Source: Lingula anatina
Lineage: Eukaryota; Animalia; Brachiopoda
Assembly: GCA_051362555.1 (NCBI GenBank)
Contig: CM120640.1
Coordinates: forward strand, 372,001-436,000
DNA: 64,000 nucleotides
Direction: 5' to 3'
Shown in pieces: positions 1-11,523 of the stretch. Below the pieces are notes generated by a model. It had not been told where the DNA came from. It made no database searches and saw only the letters and a list, made by a program, of their open reading frames with translations. Position 1 is the stretch's first letter. Each line of letters starts with the position of its first letter. A program made the translations under genes and the position numbers.

Positions 1-1321
1 TGGAACTTAAAAGTCACACCTTGAAAATGCCAATATGTGAAAAATTAAATTTTCACAAAAAAACTGTTTATCTGGCAGATTGCATTGCCTACTGAAGCTG
101 TATTTTAGTCCCATGTTTCTTTCCTGTAAGTTTGAGAACAGTAAGTGACATGGTTTTTCTTAAAAGGTAATCATGGGAGCAGTGCCCAAAATAGGTTTTT
201 TTCAAATTTTGATGCAATATTACATAATGTTTAACAGCATAATGACCATCAATTTTTAATAATAAAATATTAGTATCATGGATATTCAGAAAATGTGACT
301 AGCAAAGGTCTTCAGGCCCATGGAACTTCAAAGTCACAACTTGAAAATGCCAAAATGTAAACAAGACAGCACTGTTCTGAAATGTTTTTTTCCCCATTTT
401 TAACAATTTTTAACATAAAACAAAATTAACAGTTTACTGCCATTTTTATATGATCAACTAAGAAAATTGATGAGATGAGAGAAGTATCAATAGAGCAGTG
501 TTAAATGTCCAATTTCTTCCATTCTGAGATTCTGAACATAGTGAATGATTGAATCTGACAAATTGCAATGATATGAGTTTATTTCCATTTTTGAAACTTT
601 ATTACACAATACACGATAACATGTTTACCATCATTTTTACAAAATCAACTAACAATGTTGTAAAGATGCAGGAAATGTCAAACAAACACTTTCACGTATC
701 TTTTTAGTTTAAACATAAGACTGTTAACATGCCTAAAAACTGAATCTGTGGAAATGTGAAAAAACAGCATACCTTCTACAATAACGACACGATTATGCTG
801 ATTTAAGAACTCAACCTGCATTTTAGTAAAATTGACCACTCCTGTGACTTTCATGACAATTGGCCCATCTGTTTTTCTTATATTGTGTTTACAGTGTTGC
901 ATATATGCTGAAAAGAGTAAAAAACAGCATAACTAGTAAAATAGTGGCCCGATCATGCCGATTTTCGAACTTGATCTGCGTTTTAGTAAGACTGATTACT
1001 CCTGTGAGTTTCATGACAACAGGCCTATCGGTTTTCCTTGAAATGTGTTAACAGTGTTGCATATATGCTAAAAAGTGAAAAAACAGCATAAATTCTACAA
1101 TAATGGCCCGATCATGCTGAATTTCGAACTTGACCCGCGTTTTATGAATATTAGTCAGCTCTGTAAATATAAAGCCAAAAAGTAAAACTGTCTTCCACTT
1201 ATGGTGTTAACGCTGAAAGTGCACGGCGACGGCGACAGCGACGGCGACATGATCGGCGACGGCGACGACAGACGCAGGTGATGGCAATATGTACAGACAC
1301 ATCTGTGTCTGTACATAAAAA
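1..1321 (-). mobile_element. Helentron/HINE (DINE-1-like) non-autonomous element, truncated by the window start
   Basis: Terminal palindrome TATGTACAGACACA-TC-TGTGTCTGTACATA at 1288-1317 followed by an A run (T run on -); adjacent (GGCGAC/GACG)n microsatellite 1224-1275; internal ~160-bp imperfect repeats (CCGATCATGC..TTTCGAACTTGA at ~950 and ~1108) and a repeat of TGGAACTT.AAAGTCACA at 1 and 321. This layout matches HINE/DINE-1 ends. Confidence 0.6.
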
Positions 1322-1374
1322 TTCTGATTGTAAAACTAGTTTCAATAAAATGCACCAATATTTCACTATTTTAG

Positions 1375-2042
1375 GCCAGCACTGCCCAGGTCAAGCAGAC
1401 GACATTACAGTGTTACTGGCAATAAGTATAGGGGGCGCTGGTGGGGGTCTCCTTCTTATCATCATCATCATACTTCTCATCCTACTTGGAACAAGAGGCA
1501 AGAAAGCAAAAACCCAAGAAACAACTACCTGCAAGATGACAGAAATTCAAACAAATGAGGGACACCTTTCTACAACAGTTAATGACAATGAACAGCAATC
1601 AAGAAACAGAAGAGAAAATATCAATCCTACAGGCACAAGTCAAGAAGAACCGGCCCAATATATGAGTATAAATGTTTATGATGAAGCTGAAGAGAGAAAT
1701 ATGCCAGGTCACTCTAACAAAAAACATGTGCCAACAAGTCCAAAGCAAATGGATGGTAGCCATTACATGAATGTGAATGGGGGAGGGGAGGATGTCACAC
1801 CAAATAGTTGTCCTAAATATCTGCCTCCTTCAGCCAGCAGAAAAGGCTCTAAAAAGTTCATGGACACTTATGAAATTCAAACCAACCCAACAACTACCTC
1901 TTCTAGCTGGAAAACAGGCTGGGCTAAACAAGTCTCCAGTTTAAGCAGCTTTCTAGGTGAAAAGAAAGCCAGCAGGAAGCAAGGTCATAACACTGATACT
2001 GAATATGTTAATGTTAATGAATATGCAAATATCAAGAGATAG
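1375..2042 (+). CDS. Terminal exon of a single-pass membrane receptor/adaptor (TM helix plus Tyr-motif cytoplasmic tail); upstream exons not in window
   Basis: Acceptor ttcactattttag|G at 1374/1375 (phase 1); TM segment VLLAISIGGAGGGLLLIIIIILLILLG followed by basic stop-transfer TRGKKAK; tail motifs YMSI, YDEA, YMNV, YEIQ, YVNV, YANI; stop TAG at 2040-2042. Confidence 0.7.
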
Positions 2043-2138
2043 ACATTTGACTGGAAAGAAGAAACCAAAAATTTAAGATCAATAATCAACAGAATGCAAA
2101 ATGTTATTCAGATTAACTGGGAATGGACAATAATATGT

Positions 2139-2503
2139 AAGCATATTTACCTTGATTTTACAATCCATACTGCAGGATAATAATAAGTGAGCATATTTAC
2201 CTTGATTTTACAATCCATACTGCAGGATAATAATAAGTGAGCATATTTACCTTGATTTTACAATCCATACTGCAGGATAATAATAATAAATGAGCATATT
2301 TACCTTGATTTTACAATCCATACTGCAGGATAATAATAATAAGTGAGCATATTTACCTTGATTTTACAATCCATACTGCAGGATAATAATAGGTGAGCAT
2401 ATTTACCTTGATTTTACAATCCATACTGCAGGATAATAATAAGTGAGCATATTTACCTTGATTTTACAATCCATACTGCAGGATAATAATAAGTGAGCAT
2501 ATT
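2139..2503. repeat. Tandem repeat, 50-53 bp x7, spanning the CDC40 exon-7 donor site
   Basis: Unit GAGCATATTTACCTTGATTTTACAATCCATACTGCAGGATAATAATAAGT; on the - strand each copy holds the exon end ([12 protein letters not shown]) plus AAG|GTAAAT. Confidence 0.95.
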
Positions 2504-3688
2504 TGGGGAACCAGCGAATGGCGGACACTCCCTTTGTATGCCCCGTCCAGGTGTGAATTTGTTTCTTCGGAATAAAACACTTCTCTGGCGGTTCTTCTGA
2601 CTTCAGATTAACTCCAACATCTTTCGGTGGATGCAGGAAAGAACGACCTTGGTAATCATATGGATCTTTGACTGGAAAAAAAAGAATAAACCCCATACAT
2701 AAGAGCAAAACAGGGCACTGAATAAAGTGTATAGAAAAACAAGATACCAAATTAAGTTTCTAAAAATCAGCTTACTGTGTAATGTTGTCTTCTCATCTGC
2801 AATTTTCTCTTCCACTGTTTTCCCACGCTTGGCACGCTTTGCAAGGATTTCATCCAATGCTTCTTTCTCTTCCTAGAGAAGTAATATACATTTAAATAAA
2901 GTTGCTTTCTGAACTGAAACTGGTCATAGTGACTTTTTTAAACATTAACAGTTAAACTGGCTGATGAAAACATCAAACTTTTCATAACATGTTCAACTCA
3001 AAAGCCAATATATATCATAACAGGGTCTTAAAAAGTAATATTATCATACAATTTATTGGACTGATCAGTGTAAAAAGTAAATTTTTAGAATCAATGTGTT
3101 TAGTTTAATCATCTTCATCTCTTACCTCTGATGGCTTCATCACAGTCTTCTCATCTTCGTATTTTGCCCAGGGACCTAAATAACCATCAATGTCGGAAGG
3201 ATCATTGTTCTTCTGTTTTTTCCTTTTATCTCCTGGCCTCTGTTTTGACACCTCAAATACTGTTGTTCCTAGAAGCAATTTCATTTATGAAAAATCTATG
3301 CAAAAAATATCAATGATTATTATGTTAGGATGTTACAGTATAAAACTCAATTAATTCAAAATAAAACACATACTATTACTAGTTAGCTCTAAATATGAAA
3401 TCCCTTGAGTGCATGAACCTTTAGCATTATAAGTATTTAATTATTTATATCCCATCCTATCATCTATCAACTATATATATATCAAGAAGGGAGAACTGTC
3501 TTCAATCTTTAATACATTTCAAAAGCTAAATCTTATCTAGAAGAGAAGATTTGACCAGATTTCCACTGTCTACCTTTATTTCCCTCAGCAGCGTCCACGT
3601 CTCCAACCAGTTTCTCTCCCTGCAGACTGCCTTCTACACTGGGGTCCATAGCATAACCTGGAGGAGGAAAGGGAACTAGGGATGGGAT

Positions 3689-3730
<42 letters not shown>

Positions 3731-5062
3731 TCCTAGAGAGAGAGAGAGTGAGTGTGTGTGTGGTTGTACAAGACTGATTATGTTAATATGTGTAAGCCAT
3801 TAACATCTCCTTGCTAAAGTATTTTTTTACCTGATATCTACAGATTATTCAAGTCACATTGCTACCTTTTTAATGATAATTAAGTAGTTGCCAATTAAGA
3901 GATTAATCAATGGAGGAATGAACAATTTCCCATGTGAACTGAAAAGGATAATCTAAGTTGTTACTTCAGAGATTACAAAACACACTATACATTCAGGTAG
4001 CACAGTAATATACATACCGTAGCTCTGAAAAGTTCTCCTCTGTGTCTCAAACTGGAAGTGGTTGATGTGTGCCTCCTCTGCGTACCCAGACAGCATGTTC
4101 TTGGTGGCTCTCTGCTGCTGGGTTTTGAAGGGATTCACTGGTCCTACCTATACAAAGAGAACAACTTTTCAATAAAATATAACAAGCACAAAATATCACA
4201 ACATTCAGAAAATAAATTAGCGTTTCAAGTCTTATTGCTAATAACTAATAAAACTAATAAAAAATAGCACATAAAAAGGCAAGAACTCACTGATAAATAA
4301 CTTTAATTTTTTTTTGCGAATAAATGTAAAATAGCTAAAACACAATACTTTGCAACATTAGGCTAATAATAATAATCATCATTATAATTATAATAGTAAT
4401 AACAATGGCATATCACCTCTGGTGTAAAGAGTTCCTCATATCGGGGATTGTGTGTTATTTCTTTTGTAGTAGGATGGAGGTACTTCGGAAGGTGTTCATC
4501 TCCCTGTAAAACAAAGGCCAGGATATATTACACTACAATTTCAAAACAGTGTCTCTGCAACTTTGACAAAAATGCTATCTATTCTAGACAGTATCATAGA
4601 GTATTAGGACTTATGACTTGGTGGTCTTACCTGAAGTACTGTTAGGTGGTCGGCTGCTTACATATATCATAGAGAAAATCACATTCAATTCTGAATGCTT
4701 GATCATCAGAAATCTTAGCACAAACAATTCAACAACATTACCGCTTAAAGGTATTGCAAGTTTTCTTTTTATTGGGAGGATCGATCAGAAATAATATCTA
4801 TGAGTTTGCAGAGATGTCTTCTCAAGTCAAATATTCACATAATATTTCATTTTAACTCAAAGATGCCAAACGTAAAGTTACAATAAAATCCGTGAACTGC
4901 AGTACAGCTTACCTTTGGAGTAACTTGTGGTGCTGCATTTAGTGCGATTGTAGTGCAGCCTGCTTTCTTTTCTATGGGTTTCAAATGTGCCTGAAATTCC
5001 TGAAGATCTACTTCTTCTTTTTCAGAATCACTTGATTCACCATAACTTTGTAAATTCAACAT
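2457..5062 (-). CDS. CDC40: Pre-mRNA-processing factor 17 (CDC40/PRP17), first 7 exons; gene continues beyond the window start
   Basis: Exons 5062-4913, 4503-4417, 4147-4018, 3657-3574, 3268-3126, 2872-2776, 2671-2457, all GT-AG and phase-consistent; peptides [100 protein letters not shown] are characteristic of CDC40. Confidence 0.96.
3693..3760. repeat. (TG)n/(AG)n microsatellite
   Basis: Direct reading; lies in a CDC40 intron. Confidence 0.9.
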
Positions 5063-5442
5063 CGTACAACGACGTTCGAATAACACACGTCCAATGTGTA
5101 TCAGCCTTATAGTAACTAACGCACGTGCAAACATGACATACATTTTGATATAATGTCTCTGTCAATCTTCATTATCTAATTTCACTACATAAGTGTATTA
5201 ATTTTGATATTTTATAGAATTTTTTATATGAAAAGGCACTTTAATGCAAATATTTCTGTTTAAACTTCAACTTTTATTTTCCATCTGAGCTAATTTTACC
5301 TGCGTTACTATTTATCAAGTTAAGGAGAAGCCTCGAGAGTTGACGAGACTGAGAAATGATTTTACTTCCGTAAGAAAATATTTGACTCATTTACTGTAAT
5401 TGTATACCAAATCATGTAGATTTACCATTTGTGCGTTTAAAG
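5063..5442. promoter_or_regulatory. Putative bidirectional promoter for CDC40 and WASF, including a probable non-coding first WASF exon ending at AAG|GTAAGT (5442/5443)
   Basis: Divergent genes; ETS-like ACTTCCG at ~5364; perfect consensus donor at 5443; acceptor ttcag at 6264 just upstream of the WASF ATG. Confidence 0.55.
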
Positions 5443-6283
5443 GTAAGTATATTGATGTATTCCGAATGATAAACAGCCATGTTAGTAGTTGCTTATTTGT
5501 GCACAATTCCTGCGTAAATGAAAACGTAGACGGTCCAATGACAGTAACATCGACGAGGGTCGTGCACTCATGCAGACGGGATAATCCTAAAATTCACTAT
5601 CACTCCAGGAAATCTAGGGAAGTAAAAGAAATTTAGTTGTTAAGTCAAAACCCTGAAAGTGTACCTCAAAATATTTTTATCAGTTCAACTTGAATAAGTG
5701 TTATTGGAAGTTGGTGAAGTTTAAGTAATTTGAAGTTACTTCCTTGGACCTGTCCCAACTCCGACCTCGCCCATCTCCGACTCCAGAGGCAAGAGACTTG
5801 GGCAAAATCACGGACCCACGCTATTATGTCATACCTACTATAGTTCTTGCACATTGATATTTGTTTGAAAACAATCTTTTTGTCTGGATGTGGGATTTTA
5901 AACTATTCTAGTGTTATCAGTTCTATAAATAAATTGATGTATGTGATAGTAAAATGCCACAAATGGCTAGTTTCTACAAGCAGTCATGTATTAGGACACC
6001 TCACACCTCTTAGTGCATGAAGGCTTTATTGCTGTTTAAAACTAGATGTAAAATTTCTCACTTTAATTTCAGTGTTGGCAACTAATTAATAAATAGTCAG
6101 TTTTCAGGCCCAAAATTTTTCCATTCTTAAGATATCCTCAATTTGAGCTTACTTTTGAAATGTAAATGTAGCAAACCTTCTACTTACACAACTAGCATTT
6201 CAGATGAATACTGATTTGAAATCCAATGTTGAAATGTACATTTTACTGAACATTGAATATTCAGCATCAAGTAAGCAAGCAGC

Positions 6284-9200
6284 ATGCCTCTGATCAAGCG
6301 TGAGGTTCATCCAGTGAACCTGAGCAGAGGTAGTATAGCCAAGGGTATCCACAATGAACTGGAGTGTGTAACCAATAACAGTCTAGCCAATGTGATCCAT
6401 CAGCTGAGCAGTCTGAGTAAACATGCAGAGGACATGTTTGGAGAACTGTTCAATGAGGCTAATGCCTTCTTCCAGCGTGCCAATCACCTGCAGGAGAGAG
6501 TGGAGAGGTTAAAGGTCAAAGTGACACAGCTGGATTCTACTGTTGAAGAAGGTAAATCAAGCATTAAATGTCTTGTCTTTCTCAAATTGTAATATTAGAT
6601 ATGTATATCAGAGAGTGAAGCTGTCTTTATATATACATAAATGCAATATCTGTTCCCAGGTTGTCAGAATTCTTCATTTTACCTTTTAATTTGGGGTTAA
6701 TTAACAATCAAGACTGGTGGTATGAATCAGCTCCAGAGTGTTTTTGTGTGTCAACATTTTGTAGGAAAATATTGAAGATACTTAAACTAACAACTGCTCT
6801 ACATTTCTTGCATAATTTCAGTGTCGTTACAAGATATCAACATGCGTAAACCATTCCGTGGTGCCAACCTGACTGACCAGCAGGTTGTGTCCAGGAGAAC
6901 TATGCCAGTGGCCATGCAGGAGACATATCACAGATGTGACCAGCCCCCTCCTCTGGCTAAACTTAACATCTACAGGTAACTTTACCAGCCCCCTCCTCTG
7001 GCTAAACTTAACATCTACAGGTAACTTTACCAGCCACCTCCTCTGGCTAAACTCAACATCTACAGGTAACTTTACCAGCCACCTCCTCTGGCTAAACTCA
7101 ACATCTACAGGTAACTTTACCAGCCACCTCCTCTGGCTAAACTTAACATCTACAGGTAACTTTACCAGCCACCTCCTCTGGCTAAACTCAACATCTACAG
7201 GTAACTTTACCAGCCACCTCCTCTGGCTAAACTTAACATCTACAGGTAACTTTACCAGCCACCTCCTCTGGCTAAACTCAACATCTACAGGTAACTTTAC
7301 CAGCCACCTCCTCTGGCTAAACTTAACATCTACAGGTAACTTTACCAGCCACCTCCTCTGGCTAAACTCAACATCTACAGGTAACTTTACCAGCCACCTC
7401 CTCTGGCTAAACTTAACATCTACAGGTAACTTTACCAGCCACCTCCTCTGGCTAAACTTAACATCTACAGGTAACTTTACCAGCCACCTCCTCTGGCTAA
7501 ACTTAACATCTACAGGTAACTTTACCAGCCCCCTCCTCTGGCCAAACTTAACATCTACAGGTAACTTTACCAGCCCCCTCCTCTGGCTAAACTTAACATC
7601 TACAGGTAACTTTACCAGCCACCTCCTCTGGCTAAACTCAACATCTACAGGTAAATATCAGCCACCTCCTCTGGCTAAACTCAACATCTACAGGTAACTT
7701 TACCAGCCACCTCCTCTGGCTAAACTTAACATCTACAGGTAACTTTACCAGCCACCTCCTCTGGCTAAACTTAACATCTACAGGTAACTTTACCAGCCCC
7801 CTCCTCTGGCCAAACTTAACATCTACAGGTAACTTTACCAGCCCCCTCCTCTGGCTAAACTTAACATCTACAGGTAACTTTACCAGCCACCTCCTCTGGC
7901 TAAACTCAACATCTACAGGTAAATATCAGCCACCTCGTCTGGCTAAACTCAACATCTACAGGTAACTTTACCAGCCACCTCCTCTGGCTAAACTTAACAT
8001 CTACAGGTAACTTTACCAGCCACCTCCTCTGGCTAAACTCAACATCTACAGGTAAATATCAGCCACCTCGTCTGGCTAAACTCAACATCTACAGGTAACT
8101 TTACCAGCCCCCTCCTCTGGCTAAACTTAACATCTACAGGTAACTTAACCAGCCCCCTCCTCTGGCTAAACTTAACATCTACATGTAACTTAACCAGCCC
8201 CCTCCTCTGGCTAAACTCAATATCTACAGGTAACTTTACCAGCCCCCTCCTCTGGCTAAACTTAACATCTACAGGTAACTTTACCAGCCACCTCCTCTGG
8301 CTAAACTCAACATCTACAGGTAAATATCAGCCACCTCGTCTGGCTAAACTCAACATCTACAGGTAACTTTACCAGCCCCCTCCTCTGGCTAAACTTAACA
8401 TCTACAGGTAACTTTACCAGCCCCCTCCTCTGGCTAAACTCAACATCTACAGGTAACTTTACCAGCCCCCTCCTCTGGCCAAACTTAACATCTACAGGTA
8501 ACTTTACCAGCCACCTCCTCTGGCTAAACTTAACATCTACAGGTAACTTTACCAGCCCCCTCCTCTGGCTAAACTCAACATCTACAGGTAACTTTACCAG
8601 CCCCCTCCTCTGGCTAAACTCAACATCTACAGGTAACTTTACCAGCCCCCTCCTCTGGCTAAACTCAACATCTACAGGTAACTTAACCAGCCCCCTCCTC
8701 TGGCCAAACTTTATAAGTTATAAGTTCCTGATATTTGCTTTTTGCAGATTAGGAAAAATAGCTTAACTTAGCTGTGTTGAATGCTACCTTTGAATTTGAG
8801 AATTTTGTTGTAACCAGAGCAACTAAAACACATAAGAAATGCTAAGCCTGTACATGACAAAACCTCCTACCTGCTCTGTCTTTATGTCAATATAATGTTG
8901 GTCTTTGCAGGGAGGATGGTAAAGACAGCATGAAGTTCTACACAGATCCTAGTTATTTCTTTGAGTTATGGCTACAGGAGATGCAGAAAGACACAGAACA
9001 AAAGAAGGAGGAATACATCAGGAAGAGGAAAAAAGTAAGCAAGATTTTCTTTAGATATAAATTTCAAAATATTTGAGAGAAAAACATCCTGATATGTATA
9101 AAGATAAAAGATCTTAAAAATGACTTCAAAGTAGGGAACAAATTAGAAACTAGGTCATAATGAATTATAAAAATTAGTTTAAGTGAGAAAAAAAGAGAAG

Positions 9201-11523
9201 GAATGTTAGATGAACATCTGTACTGTGCTAACTTTACAGCAAAGGCCTCGCGCTGGTGGAACACACAGCAAGAAGCCCAGAGAAATCAAAACCAGGAAAG
9301 AATATTATGAAAAGTTCAAGGATGGTGTGGAATTGGCTGACAATACCAGACAAGAACCACAGCAAAGGCCGAGACAAAGCCAGCAGCATAATCGCCCAGA
9401 TAGCCTGCAGTTCCAACAACAACACAACCAACAGAGGCCACCCTCTTCCGCCAACAGTTACTACTCTCCTCGTATGAGCCAGATGGATTCTGGGAGCACT
9501 GGGCCAGTCCCCGAGTACCACCAGCCCCCACCCTATGACCCCCAGAGAGGGGCCAGGAATACCAGGTCTTCTTCCATGTTGAACAGTGGCCGACCCATGC
9601 AGCCTCCTCCACAGCCACCCCCACAACAACCTGCCATGACCTCTCCTCAAGATTTACGATATAGAGGAGACAGTGGTAGCAGAGAGAGTCTGCCGCCACC
9701 ACCACCACCGCCGCCATTCATGCAGCCCATGAATACTGCAGAAAACACCACGCCCTCCTCCCCAGACCCAGTGGAGTACCGTCACCTGTCCCCAGGGAGA
9801 CCTGCCCCCAAGAGACCCTCTGCTGAAGACTTGCCCCCTCCACCCCCACCCCCTCCCATAGCCATGATGAACGGCAGTGGGGGGATACCCCAGGCCCCAC
9901 CCACACCCCCTCCCCCCATGCCAGACCCTGCTCCTAATATGGCCACCAACATGGCTCCACCCCCACCCCCTCCCCCGCCACCCCCAGGAATGAACACAGG
10001 GAGTGTGGAGGCAGGGCTGGCACCCCCAGACATGGCGCCTGACGAGGTGTCGCTGACGTCTACTAACAGCTCTATCACTGCTGATAACAAGACTCAGCCA
10101 GTACGAGATGAGAGGAGTGATCTGCTGTCTGCCATTAGACAAGGTAAGGACTAGTTATATACCTACTAACTGCTGGGGAACCTCTAACACAATCACTTGG
10201 TTTGATGACAAAGTGAACTGCTTCAAATCCAGGTGTTGTACATAGCATATGTTTTTATACTTGGTTTAACTTTTTCATTTTGAAATATAATTTTTGATAT
10301 GCATCAGCAAAATTGATGAATTTTGATTTATTGTACTTATAACAAATAACATGTTGAATTTTATCTGCAAGATTTTTACCTACTGTTCACAGCATGTTAG
10401 TCCTCACCAGTAAATGTGTTTTGTAACATGTCATGCACATAATTTAGCATATTTAAAGTTATTTCTTTTATTTAATTTTTGTGTGGCACAGTCAAGGAAA
10501 AGGGTAAAGTTTAGCTTTTACTGTTATACCTAATCACAAATGATAGTGCTTAATATCACTGATAATTTGTGCACAGTGGCATTAACAAGACTTAAGCACA
10601 GTTTAGAACTGTTTAGAACTGCACAGCTGGGCTCTTAATAAAGCACTTAATTTGTGATCAGGTCAAGTCTATGTAAGATGTACCATTTTCTCTTTGCTTG
10701 TGGTGCATTTTGTTTTTGGTGATACATTTGTGAAGTGTAAGCATTTGTTGCTGAGATAAAATTTTGGAAGACCAGTAGTGCTTTTCATATGCTGGACTAA
10801 GCTTATAGTAATTGCACTTAACATGTCTAAAGTTCTTGCATTACTGTAAGTTTACAGTACATTCATTTAGATGTTTTTTGGTCAGTTTCATTCAGTCTTA
10901 TTTTGATATCATGGGATTCATAGAGAAATGTCTCTCTGATCATCTGTTAGTAATTACTTCATGTGGAATTCCAAGGTAATAAAGACTGTTCCCTGTGTGG
11001 ACAACTGTCACTTGATGCATAAATCAACAAAACAAGGACAAAGTTTACACAAACAGATAAAAACAAATACAAGATTTCCACAAACAGCATAAAAATTGAC
11101 ACCAGATTTCCACAAACAACATAAAGTCTAGATTTCCACAAACAACATAAAAATAAAGACCTGTCTTTCTCCACAAACAGCCTATTCCTAGAGCTGCGTG
11201 TGTATTGAGAAGCTGTAGTTGACCCCCATAAATTCCCCCTTCCCTGTGTGCCGTGCTGGGTCTTGACTGCTTTGACTTTATCCAAGGTTCTGAATTTATA
11301 CTGAATTTTAATACCATTCTTAATGCTGTTTTCAGGCTTCAAGCTGAGGAAAGTAGAAGAGCGTAAGATGAAGGAAGAGCAGAAGCAGGCCAACAGTGGT
11401 AGTCTGGACGTACAGTCCATCATGGACAAAGCGTTTGAGATGCGTAGAAAGGCCCTGGAGGCCAGTGATTCTGAGGAGGAAGAATGGGAAGACGGAGGAG
11501 AGTGGGGCAGTGATGATGATTAA
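6284..11523 (+). CDS. WASF: WAVE/SCAR (WASP-family verprolin-homologous) actin nucleation-promoting factor, ~545 aa
   Basis: Exons 6284-6551, 6822-6975, 8911-9034, 9240-10143, 11336-11523 (1638 nt, in frame). WHD N-terminus [10 protein letters not shown]...[45 protein letters not shown], basic region, polyproline tracts, WH2 [19 protein letters not shown], acidic C-terminus with Trp. PolyA signal AATAAA at 13022. Confidence 0.97.
6939..8711. repeat. Minisatellite, 45 bp x ~39, spanning a WASF donor site
   Basis: Unit ACCAGCC(C/A)CCTCCTCTGGCTAAACT(T/C)AACATCTACAG|GTAACTTT; the first copy is the true exon end ([12 protein letters not shown]). Confidence 0.97.
11066..11180. repeat. Short imperfect intronic tandem repeat (~30 bp x4)
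   Basis: Recurrent AGATTTCCACAAACA(A/G)CATAAA. Confidence 0.6.

Noticed and set aside
6885-7697. 270-aa ORF of [15 protein letters not shown] repeats
   Set aside because: Off-frame translation of the 45-bp intronic minisatellite; no independent gene signals.
6939-8711. CRISPR-like appearance of regular repeats (also 2139-2503, 17294-17733, 54560-55160)
   Set aside because: Head-to-tail units with no unique spacers, eukaryotic context and no cas genes.
9234-10142. Several Gly/Trp-rich minus-strand ORFs
   Set aside because: Antisense shadows of the proline-rich WASF exon.
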